From positions 54 to 64,053 of the forward strand of contig JAQTNV010000016.1 in the NCBI GenBank assembly GCA_028713675.1: 64,000 nt of DNA, read 5' to 3'. Shown here in pieces: positions 37,453-46,635 of this stretch (position 1 is its first letter; each line of letters starts with the position of its first letter). Origin of the DNA: a bacterium (lineage in GTDB: Bacteria; Desulfobacterota; JAPLJL01). The notes under the pieces are model-generated. The model ran no database searches. It worked only from the letters and a program-made list of their open reading frames with translations, and was not told the origin of the DNA. Both the position numbers and the translations under genes were made by a program.

Positions 37453-37971
37453 TATCTTTCGCCTGAACTCGGCCAGATCTAAAAGATACGCCGCGATTGA
37501 TTCCCCCCGCGCATCTTTAAACCCAAGGCTTTTTTCAAAGATTGCGTTTTGATTTAAAACGCCGTCCGCGGCTTCCGAAACAGCTACTGCCTTTCCATCT
37601 TCCCTCCGAAACACCCCGCGAACCCGGTCGGCCCGCAAAGCGATTCTCATTGCCCCCCCAAAAACCGGCACCGGGTTTAAAAGGATTATCTTTTCTTCCA
37701 GTTCATATTTCCCGTCCGGTGATGGCGGCATCTTGGGTTTAGACCCAAATTGATTCTCCGCCGGGGATTGGATCCTGATTACCGTGAAAGCGTCCCCCCG
37801 GTATCCGATGATTCCCTCAGCCATTTCCGGATCGCCGGGGATTCGGATCAGTTGCAAAGGAAGGATCACCTCCAAAACCTGCTCCAGGGGAATTCCGAAA
37901 TTCTCATTTTCAACCTGGAAAAGCAGGAGAAAACCGTTTTCAACACCAGCCGAAGGATTTTTCATGATCAA
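37420..37971 (-). CDS. cheW: CheW-like adaptor
   Basis: LLFQVENENFGIPLEQVLEV, GIIGYRGDAFTVI, RIALRADRVRGV. Confidence 0.8.
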   Translation of the reverse strand: MIMKNPSAGVENGFLLLFQVENENFGIPLEQVLEVILPLQLIRIPGDPEMAEGIIGYRGDAFTVIRIQSPAENQFGSKPKMPPSPDGKYELEEKIILLNPVPVFGGAMRIALRADRVRGVFRREDGKAVAVSEAADGVLNQNAIFEKSLGFKDARGESIAAYLLDLAEFRRKIVSGFGFRVSS

Positions 37972-38055
37972 CTTACCAAAATTAATAGGGTCCCAGGAGT
38001 CGAGGGTTCCTGGGTTCGAGGGTTCAAGAGAAAATTAGAAATCAAAGATAATAAC

Positions 38056-38119
38056 GTCATTCCCGCGAACGCGGGAATCCAGAAAAACAGACTGGATTCC
38101 GGGTCAAGCCCGGAATGAC
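38056..38119. repeat. Inverted pair of GTCATTCC...GGAATCCAG hairpins (REPIN-like)
   Basis: gtcattcccgcgaacgcgggaatccag and ctggattccgggtcaagcccggaatgac. Confidence 0.85.
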
Positions 38120-38190
38120 AAGAATTTATTAACCCCCTGCTCCCTGCTTCTTGCCCCATGCTTTATGCTCTCTGCGCTTTGCCCTTTGCG

Positions 38191-39459
38191 CTATGCACCG
38201 GCGCTGACCCGGAATTTCTCCACCCCGGCTCTAAGCTCTTCAGCGATCCGGGCCAGTTTTTGGGCGTTCTCCGCCAGGTATCCCATCGAGGCGGTCTGCT
38301 CCTCCGTGGCGGTGGATATCTGTTCGGTCTCGACCGCGCTGTTCTGGGTGACCCGGGAAACCTCTTCCACCGCGCCCGCGACTATATCGGCCCGTTCTCC
38401 CTGGGCCTGGGTCAGCTCGGAGATCCTTAAAACTTCTCCCCGGCCTTCCTGCACCCGACTGGCCATCCCGTTCAGCGACACCCAGATATTATTCAATTCC
38501 TCCCGGGCCTCGCAGATTTCCTGCGCCGCCAAGCTTACCTTTCCCATCACCTGGCTGCTTTCCGAGCGGATCCGATCAACCGAAGCGGAAACCTGGGCGG
38601 CCGAAGACTCACTCGAATCGGCCAGCTTCCTCACCTCGTCCGCCACCACCGCGAAGCCCTTCCCGGCCTCTCCGGCCCGGGCCGCCTCAATCGTGGCGTT
38701 CAGGGCGAGCAGGTTGGTCTGCTGGGCGATCCGGGTGATCATGTCGGTCATCCGGTTGATTTCACCGATCCGGTTGCCGAACTCTTTCAGGATCGCCTCA
38801 AAACCTTCAACCGAAGAGAATGCCTTCATCATCCGTTCGATCGCTTTGCGTACGTTTTCCGTTTCTTCCCGGGCCGATTGGGCGGTATCTTCCGCCGCCT
38901 CCGCGTTTTTTATCGATTGCTCCACGACTTGTTTCACGAATCCCCGGAATTCGCGCATCTCCACAAAAACCTTCTCGGCCTGCTCGGCCTGTTTGGAAGC
39001 CCCCGTAGCGATGTTCCCGATCGAACGGGCCACCTCCCGGCTGGAGGTTGCCATCTCTTCCGCCGTCGTGGAAAGGTTCTGGGCGGATTCCGAAACCTGG
39101 AAAGCGGACTGCCGGAACCGGCAGACCAGATCCTTAAGGTTTTCCAGCATCCGGTTCAAAGCCCGGGCCAGTTCGTCGCTTTCATCCTCAAAAACGCGGG
39201 GCTTGATCTCAACCTTGCAATCCAGGTCTCCCCCGCTGATCTTCTCAGCCACTAAAACTAATTTTCGGAAATTCCTGGGCAGGTTGCGGGAGATGAACCA
39301 GCTGATGGAAAACCCGGCCAGGATCGCCGCGGATACCGAGCCCAGCTCTTTCCAGGTCCCTTCCACCCCCGCCCAATCGAACACGTAAGGAATGATCACC
39401 ACCACCCCAATCACGACCAGGAATCCCAGGATGAATTTATTTCCGATCTCTATCCGCAT
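38191..39459 (-). CDS. Methyl-accepting chemotaxis protein, two TM helices without a periplasmic sensor (DifA-like)
   Basis: Start MRIEIGNK behind GGAGGAG; HAMP domain; [37 protein letters not shown]. Confidence 0.93.
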   Translation of the reverse strand: MRIEIGNKFILGFLVVIGVVVIIPYVFDWAGVEGTWKELGSVSAAILAGFSISWFISRNLPRNFRKLVLVAEKISGGDLDCKVEIKPRVFEDESDELARALNRMLENLKDLVCRFRQSAFQVSESAQNLSTTAEEMATSSREVARSIGNIATGASKQAEQAEKVFVEMREFRGFVKQVVEQSIKNAEAAEDTAQSAREETENVRKAIERMMKAFSSVEGFEAILKEFGNRIGEINRMTDMITRIAQQTNLLALNATIEAARAGEAGKGFAVVADEVRKLADSSESSAAQVSASVDRIRSESSQVMGKVSLAAQEICEAREELNNIWVSLNGMASRVQEGRGEVLRISELTQAQGERADIVAGAVEEVSRVTQNSAVETEQISTATEEQTASMGYLAENAQKLARIAEELRAGVEKFRVSAGA

Positions 39460-39721
39460 CACTCCTCCATATGTAATAGAATTCGAGGATCCAAGGGTCC
39501 CAGGGTGTTTAATAATTTCGTTAAGAGCGTCCATTGCGGAATGCGGATTGCAGATTGCGGATTGGAGAGAATAAGAATGTTGCGAGAGTCTATTGTTTTC
39601 ATTGGGTTTATTTGGTCTATAAATGGCATTGGGCAAGGAGCACGAAGCATAGCGTTAGTAGCTTTCTTTGCTTTAGCTGATCTATTTGTTGGTTTTCATT
39701 CCACAATCCGCAATTTTCTGG

Positions 39722-41302
39722 TCACATCGCTTGTTCTTTCGCGTTTTCTTCCTCGAACTTTACCCCTGAGGACTTCATGATCCGGCGGAAATTGCTGCGG
39801 TCGAGCTCGGCCTTCCGGGCGGCCTCGGACATATTTCCGTCCGCCTGCGAAAGTAATCGGCCGAAATACACCTGGTGAAACCTGTCCAAGGCCTGGGACT
39901 TGGCTTCCTTGTAGCCCAGATTGACCAGTTCGCCCCACTCATCGTCTTTCCGCAGGGGCTTGAGCTCACGGCTCAGGATCGCGGGCGGAAGATCGGAGGG
40001 ATGAATCGTTTCCCCTTTTTGCACGATTACCGCGTGCTCAATCGCGCTCGCCAGCTCCCGAACGTTGCCGGGCCAGGGGTAATCCAGGATGATTTTCATC
40101 GCTTCGGGGGATATCTGCTTAAGTTCGGGACCGATTTTCCGGCAGGAGCGGGTTAAGAAATGACGGGTAAGAATGGGGATATCATCGACCCTTTCCCGGA
40201 GGGGGGGGAGATGAATGGTAACCACGCTCAACCGGTAGAAAAGGTCCTCCCGGAATTTCTTTTCCGCGACGGCCCGGGAAAGGTCCTTGTTACTGGCGGC
40301 GATAACCCGGACATCCACCTTGATGGATTCGTTCCCGCCAACCCGCCGGATTTCCCCTTCTTGGAGAGTCCGGAGCAGTTTGGCCTGGACCGTAAATGGT
40401 ATCTCGGCCACCTCATCCAGGAAAATCGTGCCCCCGTTAGCCGCCTCGAAAAATCCGGCCCGGCGGGTGTTGGCCCCGGTGAACGAGCCCTTTTCGTGGC
40501 CGAAAAGCTCGCTCTCGAAAAGGCTCTCAGTAATAGCGGAACAATTAAAGGGAATGAAGGGTTTGCTCTTTCTCGGGCTCAGGGAATGCAGGGCCTTGGC
40601 TACCAGCTCCTTACCCGTCCCGCTCTCACCCTGGATCAGAGCGGTGGTATCGGTGGCCGCCAGCCTCTCGGTCAACTGGTAGACCGGAAGCATTTTAGCG
40701 CTCTGCCCGATCAGGCCGGCGAATGATTCCGGCTTGCCCGCCTCCGCTTCGAGTTTCTGTGTTTTGAAGACCAGGGCGCGGTGCTCCAGGGCTTTTTCCA
40801 CCGAGATGTTCACTTTCTCGATCGGGTCGAAAGGCTTGGTCAGGAAATCGTAAGCCCCCAGGCGCACCGCCTCGACCGCCTGTTCCATTGTCCCGAAACC
40901 GGTCATCATGATCACCTCGATTTCGGGATACTGCAGTCGGACCCTCCGGAGCACCTCCATTCCCGAGGGTCCTGGCATTTTCAGATCAAGCAGGATCACG
41001 GAGACCCGGTCGGGATCGGCTTCCAAATATTTCAGGGCCTCGTCCCCCCTCCGGGCCAGTGTCACCTCGTGCCCGGATGAGGAAAGTACCAGGTTGATCA
41101 CCTTTAAAATGGCTTCCTCGTCGTCCACAACCAGAATGACAGGTTTCGAGTTTCGGCCTGCCCGAGCCGATGGCTCGTGTCGGCCAGGGGTTTCTGGTTT
41201 CGAGTTCAACTCGAGCACAGCCGAGAGGCTGGCCTTTTCCCTGTTGGTCTGTCCAACTGCTGATCTGTTGGACTGCTGGTCTTTAGTCATTTTTTCCATC
41301 AT
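39722..41302 (-). CDS. Sigma-54-dependent REC-AAA+-HTH activator (NtrC/AtoC family)
   Basis: GESGTGKELVA, ESELFGHEKGSFTGA, FLDEV, FREDLFYRL, WPGNVREL. Confidence 0.95.
   Translation of the reverse strand: MMEKMTKDQQSNRSAVGQTNREKASLSAVLELNSKPETPGRHEPSARAGRNSKPVILVVDDEEAILKVINLVLSSSGHEVTLARRGDEALKYLEADPDRVSVILLDLKMPGPSGMEVLRRVRLQYPEIEVIMMTGFGTMEQAVEAVRLGAYDFLTKPFDPIEKVNISVEKALEHRALVFKTQKLEAEAGKPESFAGLIGQSAKMLPVYQLTERLAATDTTALIQGESGTGKELVAKALHSLSPRKSKPFIPFNCSAITESLFESELFGHEKGSFTGANTRRAGFFEAANGGTIFLDEVAEIPFTVQAKLLRTLQEGEIRRVGGNESIKVDVRVIAASNKDLSRAVAEKKFREDLFYRLSVVTIHLPPLRERVDDIPILTRHFLTRSCRKIGPELKQISPEAMKIILDYPWPGNVRELASAIEHAVIVQKGETIHPSDLPPAILSRELKPLRKDDEWGELVNLGYKEAKSQALDRFHQVYFGRLLSQADGNMSEAARKAELDRSNFRRIMKSSGVKFEEENAKEQAM
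41157..41188 (-). mobile_element. 32-bp CCTGGCCG...CTCGGGCAGG micro-element inside the activator 5' coding region
   Basis: Minus strand aaacC[cctggccg acacgagccatcgg ctcgggcagg]Ccgaaac; 32+1 = 33 nt, which keeps the frame. Confidence 0.65.
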
Positions 41303-41465
41303 TCCCCCGTTTTCCTTAGTTTCGAGTCTCGGGTTTGTGGTTTCTAGTTAATAAACCTTGAACATCTTTTCCTTCTTGTTGCTAACCCAAAACTCGAAAC
41401 TTGTTTTCTTTGGTTCAACTCAAAACTTGGTTTTTCCCCTCTTTTATTTAACTCGAGACTCGAAA

Positions 41466-42170
41466 CTATTTTTTCTTGTCCAGTCCGCATGATTCTTGGA
41501 ACCCCCTGATCGCATCCCTCCCCCGAAGGCACGCGCTTTCAATCTCCTTGAGCTCTTCGACCGGGGCTCCCTCCTCCTTTTGATATAAAATCAGCTGGGT
41601 ATTGGCGAGAATGGCGCAGAGAATGTTGTTAAGTTCATGCACCATCTTGTCCGTCATTAGCCGGAGCCCGTCAGAGGCGTCGTCCGGTTTCGCGGGTTCT
41701 ATGGGTTTCAGGTTTTCTTCCTGGGAATTCGAAGGCAAGTCCCGCTTTTGGCCCGTCCGGTAAAATTCCAGTGCCTGCCAAATGATTTCCTTCAGGTCCT
41801 GGTCATTCCAAGGCTTGGTCATCAGTTTAAAAATCCTGCATTTATTGATGGAATCCTCGGCCACCCCAAAATCTGCGTAACCGGTGAGAAGAATACTTAT
41901 GGTTCGCGGGGACACTATCCGCGCCTTTTCCAAAAGTTCCGTCCCATACATCCCCGGCATCCGGTGGTCGGAAATGATCAGGGCGACTTCCTCTTTGAGC
42001 AGAATTTCCAGTGCCTCCATCCCTGACGACGCCGTGAGTAGGTTGAAATCCTCCTTTCGGAGCGAACGTTTGAGGGCGTTCATCACCAGCTCCTCGTCAT
42101 CAACGAGCATAACGTTAAGTTTCGAGTTTCGAGTTTCTGGCTTCGGGTTCATTTCGTTAGGAGCGTTCAT
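41466..42170 (-). CDS. REC domain plus HisKA-like helix pair, without an ATPase domain
   Basis: MLVDDEE, IISDHRMP, KPW; C-terminal KMVHELNNILCAILANTQL, then stop. Confidence 0.85.
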   Translation of the reverse strand: MNAPNEMNPKPETRNSKLNVMLVDDEELVMNALKRSLRKEDFNLLTASSGMEALEILLKEEVALIISDHRMPGMYGTELLEKARIVSPRTISILLTGYADFGVAEDSINKCRIFKLMTKPWNDQDLKEIIWQALEFYRTGQKRDLPSNSQEENLKPIEPAKPDDASDGLRLMTDKMVHELNNILCAILANTQLILYQKEEGAPVEELKEIESACLRGRDAIRGFQESCGLDKKK

Positions 42171-42329
42171 TTGGTCTATCTCGTCTGTCTGGTTTATTTG
42201 GTTTATTTGGTTTCTCTGGTTTATTTGGTTTAACCCGAAACTATTCGCAAGGCTGAAGCCTTGCCCTACTTTCTGGTTTCTCTAGTTTCTTTGGTTTTCA
42301 TTCCGCAATCCGCAATCCGAAATCCGCGA

Positions 42330-45300
42330 TTATTGGTCTCCTATTACTTGTTTAATGACTTCCGCCATTTCCTCAAAACGATAAGGCTTGGCGATAACCC
42401 CGCGGAAGCCGTATTTCCGTGGATCCGACATGATCGGGTCGTTGGAGTAGCCGCTGGAAACGATTACTTTCACCTGGGGATCAATCTCGATTAATTTCTG
42501 AACGGCGATTTTGCCTCCCATCCCTCCCGGAATGGTGAGGTCCATTATCACCGCGGCGAACGGATGGGACGATTCCCCGGCCTTTTGATAAATCTCGATG
42601 GCTTCCTGCCCGTCCTTGGCGAATTCCACCTCATAACCGATTTGTTTCAACATTCTCCCGGTGACTTTCTGCACCATCAGCTCATCATCCATCACCAAGA
42701 CCCGCTTGGTCCCGTTGGTCTTTTCGAGCATGGGTTTAGCCTCTTCCCGGCCGTTTTCCCGGCGGGCAGGAAGATAAACGGAAAAGGTCGCGCCCCGTCC
42801 CGGGGTCGAATCCACCGTAATATGCCCTTCATGCCGTTTGATGATCGAGTAAACCGCCGAAAGACCGAGGCCGCTCGATTCTGGCCGGGTGGTGAAAAAC
42901 GGGTCGAAGATCTTCGACAGGTTTTCCGGGGTGATTCCCTTCCCCGAGTCGCGGAAACTGATCTTCACGTATTCCCCTTCCGAAAGATTGTCTCCGAATT
43001 CCTTCCCGACTCTCACGTTTTTCGCCCGGACTCCTATTTTTCCGCCTTCCGGCATGGCTTGGACGGCGTTGATCACCAGGTTGCTGACCACCTGTCCTAA
43101 TTGACCCGCATCCACCTCCACCGGCCATAGGTTTTCCGGCAAAATATACTCGCATTCCACCCGGGAGCCGGAGAGGGCCATCTGGACGTCGACTTTAATT
43201 AATTGTCCGATCGCCATCTGCTTTTTGATCGGGGTTCCGCCCCGGGAAAAGGTAAGTAATTGTTGGACCAGGCCGCTGGCCCGGTGGGAAGCGGTCTCCA
43301 CGTCTTTTAACAGTTCATGCATCTCACTCTGGGAATCGGTGGTGTTTAAGGCCACGGAGACATTCCCCAGGATCGCGGCCAGGAGATTATTGAAATCGTG
43401 AGCGATCCCCCCGGACAATACCGCGAGGGACTGGAGCTTTTCGTTCTTCAGCAGTTCCTCTTCCATCTTCTTCTTTTCGGTAATATCCCGGGAAATCAGC
43501 AATATGTTAAAACCGTCGGGCTTTTCGATCAGGTCGGCGGTAGTTTCCAGTTGACGAATCTCTCCATACTTGTCGATAATCCGGTAGATTAACCGCTCGG
43601 GATTTTTCCCATGTTTCAGGCGGGCAAGCTCCTCGTCGGGGGAAAAGATGAACTTCATAATCGCCGGCAGGATTTTGTCCCGGTCTTCCGGATGAATAAA
43701 ATCAAGGGAATTGTTCCCGATAAGCTCATCGGGTTTAAAACCCAAACGCTTATAGGAACTGCTCGCGTAAGTAAATTCCCCCGTCTCGTTGATAATAGTG
43801 ATGAAATCGGAGGTGTTTTCCGAAATCAGACGTAAACGCTCCTCGCTCCGATGCAGAGCTTCTTCCGCCTTTTTGCGATCGGTAACATCACGAGAAACAA
43901 ACAAAATATTAAAATCCCCGGTTTCATTGTTTGGCACAATATTTGTAGTTGATTCCAGGTAATGAATATTCCCGGATTTATCATCAACCCCGTAAATATA
44001 ACGATCAGAATTTCCTTCTTTTAACATCCTATCCAAATCCTCTTTTTCCACTTGAATCAATAATTGCAATAACGAGTTGATTTTTTCCTTATCAACCGCG
44101 CTCACAAAATCCAATACCGGTTTTCCGACAATTTCTTTGAGATCGTAACCAAGCAGCTGGTGGGAAGGGCTGGCATAAAGCATTATCCCTTTCCGATTGA
44201 TTATGTTGATGAAGTCCGAGGCATTTTCCGTAATCAGGCGGAAGCTCTCCTCACTCCGGCGCAGGGCTTCTTCCGTATTTTTGCGCTCGGTTATATCCTG
44301 TCCCTGGGCAATGGTGGAAAGCAGTGTCTTGCCATCCTCGCCGTATACGTTCGCCGAATTCCAGAGTACCCAACGCACTTCCCCGGTCTTGCGTTGGATC
44401 GGGATCTCCACCGTCTCCCAGAACTTCCCCGTAGCCGTACGATCAATCTCCAATAGGGAAGACTCCTTGCTCTCCGCGGGGAAAAGCATCTCCAGGTCCC
44501 GGCCGATTACCTCCCCGACGGCATAACCGGTCATCCGCTCAAAAGCCCGGTTGAATCGAGTGATTTTCCTGGCCGGATCCCAGACAATTACCGGAGCGTT
44601 GGAATACGCCAACAGCTTTTCCAGATAATCCCGGGTCGTCCGCAGTTCCTCTTCCGCCTGTTTACGCTCGGTGTTGTCATGAAAAAATCCCATCAAATAT
44701 TTTTTCCCAGCACTTGTAACGATTGTAGAATTAATGTCGGCATATAAAACAGTGCCGTCTTTTCTCTTTACGGGTAAATCCCGAGCTGAAACTATTTCTC
44801 CTTTGGCCTGCTTCTCAAATTGAGCGATAACATAGGGAATATCTTTTTCCGGATGAATATCCATCACCCCTAAATTATGAATTTCTTCCGGGCTGTAGCC
44901 GAGCATCCGGCAAATCGCGTTATTACCCATAAGAAATGTCTTCTTCTCTATATCGGCTACCATTATTCCATCTCCGGCACTATCAAAAATATTTTCGAAC
45001 CTTTCCGCTGATTCCCTTACTCTCTCCTCCGCCTTCTTCCTCTCGGTAATATCCCGGACGATGGCCTGCAAAGCCTGCTTTCCTCCGATTTCGATCCGGC
45101 TGAGCAAAACCTCGGCTGGAAACACCGTCCCATCAATGCGTTGATGCAGCCATTCAAAGGATTGGCCGCCAGTCGTGAACGCCGCTTCAATGCGTTCCTG
45201 GGCAGCGGTCATTGAATCCTTGCCATCCGGCTGGATTGGTGGCGATAACTCGCTGGGATGTTTGAAAATGAATTGATCACGGGATGAGCAACCGAAAACA

Positions 45301-46265
45301 TTAAGAGTAGCCCGATTGCAATCCAGAAATCCCTGGCGGTCCAAGGTCATGATCGCGTCCCGGGACGATTCGAACATGGCGCGGAACTTGTCTTCGCTTT
45401 CCCGCAAGATGTTTTCCATCCGCTTGCGCTCGCTGACATCCCGGGCCAGGCTTAAAACCGACGCCACCCGGCCGTCTTCAAAAATCGGGACAGCGTTTAT
45501 CTCAATTTCAACGATTTTGCCCTGGGAGTTGCGGACCTTCAGATTCAGGCCATCAACCGAATGACCCTGGCGCAGTCCATCAGCGAGGCTAACCAACTCT
45601 TCCTGGTTGTCTCCGGCAAAGTAATCCAGGTAACTCTTCTTTTTAAGTTCCCCGAGTGAAACATCGAAAACCTTGAGTACAGCGGGATTCGCGTCCAGAA
45701 AAGCCCCATTCACATCGTTGATGTAAATATAATCCGGGCTGTTGTTGAAAACCGAGCTATATTTTTCCTCGCTTAGCCTCAGCCTTTCGGCGATGCGCTT
45801 GTTCTCGGTGATGTCCCGCATCACATGAACCGAACTGACGACCCGGCCGGAATCGTCAAGTATCGGGCTGGTGGAAACGAGAAAATCTTTTTTCAGACCG
45901 GGATGACTGATTTCTGCCGAATGCGCTTTGCCGTCCGCCATAGTTTGCTGATGAACGCAAGTTCTAATCGGACAGTCGGTCCCGTGGATTAATCGAAAAC
46001 ATTGTTTGCCGATAATTTCTTTGAATGGAAGTCCCAGCATTTTGCTGGTCGCCATATTTACTCGCGCAATTCGATGATCCAGGTTAATCAGCATTACCGA
46101 ATCTTCCATGGCATCAAACGTTGTTCTCCATTCATCCGAGGCATGCTTCAGTTTTCCAACCATTTCCTTCCGCCGGATGATATCGCGTTCGACAGCCGTC
46201 CCTTTTAACAAGCGTGGATTTTTATTTAATATTTTCCCGTCTTTTTTCTTTTTTCCCGGCATCAT
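42330..46265 (-). CDS. Cytoplasmic multi-PAS hybrid histidine kinase (about 7 PAS, HisKA, HATPase, REC)
   Basis: Repeated RD(I/V)(T/S)ERK PAS termini; GIAHDFNNLL; NLVINAVQAM; GLGLS; VMDDE...MDLTIPG. Confidence 0.95.
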   Translation of the reverse strand: MMPGKKKKDGKILNKNPRLLKGTAVERDIIRRKEMVGKLKHASDEWRTTFDAMEDSVMLINLDHRIARVNMATSKMLGLPFKEIIGKQCFRLIHGTDCPIRTCVHQQTMADGKAHSAEISHPGLKKDFLVSTSPILDDSGRVVSSVHVMRDITENKRIAERLRLSEEKYSSVFNNSPDYIYINDVNGAFLDANPAVLKVFDVSLGELKKKSYLDYFAGDNQEELVSLADGLRQGHSVDGLNLKVRNSQGKIVEIEINAVPIFEDGRVASVLSLARDVSERKRMENILRESEDKFRAMFESSRDAIMTLDRQGFLDCNRATLNVFGCSSRDQFIFKHPSELSPPIQPDGKDSMTAAQERIEAAFTTGGQSFEWLHQRIDGTVFPAEVLLSRIEIGGKQALQAIVRDITERKKAEERVRESAERFENIFDSAGDGIMVADIEKKTFLMGNNAICRMLGYSPEEIHNLGVMDIHPEKDIPYVIAQFEKQAKGEIVSARDLPVKRKDGTVLYADINSTIVTSAGKKYLMGFFHDNTERKQAEEELRTTRDYLEKLLAYSNAPVIVWDPARKITRFNRAFERMTGYAVGEVIGRDLEMLFPAESKESSLLEIDRTATGKFWETVEIPIQRKTGEVRWVLWNSANVYGEDGKTLLSTIAQGQDITERKNTEEALRRSEESFRLITENASDFINIINRKGIMLYASPSHQLLGYDLKEIVGKPVLDFVSAVDKEKINSLLQLLIQVEKEDLDRMLKEGNSDRYIYGVDDKSGNIHYLESTTNIVPNNETGDFNILFVSRDVTDRKKAEEALHRSEERLRLISENTSDFITIINETGEFTYASSSYKRLGFKPDELIGNNSLDFIHPEDRDKILPAIMKFIFSPDEELARLKHGKNPERLIYRIIDKYGEIRQLETTADLIEKPDGFNILLISRDITEKKKMEEELLKNEKLQSLAVLSGGIAHDFNNLLAAILGNVSVALNTTDSQSEMHELLKDVETASHRASGLVQQLLTFSRGGTPIKKQMAIGQLIKVDVQMALSGSRVECEYILPENLWPVEVDAGQLGQVVSNLVINAVQAMPEGGKIGVRAKNVRVGKEFGDNLSEGEYVKISFRDSGKGITPENLSKIFDPFFTTRPESSGLGLSAVYSIIKRHEGHITVDSTPGRGATFSVYLPARRENGREEAKPMLEKTNGTKRVLVMDDELMVQKVTGRMLKQIGYEVEFAKDGQEAIEIYQKAGESSHPFAAVIMDLTIPGGMGGKIAVQKLIEIDPQVKVIVSSGYSNDPIMSDPRKYGFRGVIAKPYRFEEMAEVIKQVIGDQ

Positions 46266-46304
46266 TTACTCCTTAATTTTCTCTGATATGTCTGGTCTTT
46301 TTTA

Positions 46305-46632
46305 GCAAGGAGCAGGGAGCATGGCGCATAGGGTTTACCCCAAAACCAGAAACCTGGATTCCTGCTTTCCTTCGATCATACTCAGGACAAGTCGCAGTAA
46401 TGACGTTATGATTTTTCATTCGTCTTTTATTGTTTGGTTTTCACTCCGCATATCTCAGCAAGGTTGAAGCCTTGCCCTACATTTCCCCTTGGACCCTCGA
46501 ACCCTATTTTCTTTCTTCGCAGCCTAAAGGCTGCGGCTACCTTGGACTCTATTTTTTCTCTGCTCTTACCCTTGAACCCTGGAACCCTGTTTTTTTTCCA
46601 TTCCGCAATCCGCATTCCGCAATCCGCAATTA
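46305..46632. repeat. Intergenic block: heptamer arrays, hairpin with 22-bp insert, GTAG REPs
   Basis: ctggattcctgcttTC[46370-46391]TCgcag; gcaaggttgaagccttgccctac at 46458-46480; gcagcctaaaggctgcggctac at 46519-46540; tccgcaa array. Confidence 0.85.
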
Positions 46633-46635
46633 CCG

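Noticed and set aside
39460-39636. Long N-terminal extension of the MCP, and similar ones on CheA (37252-37290), HD-GYP, the kinase at 57841-57927 and the radical SAM at 5381-5497
   Set aside because: Array-derived low-complexity peptides; better downstream starts exist, most with clear RBSs.
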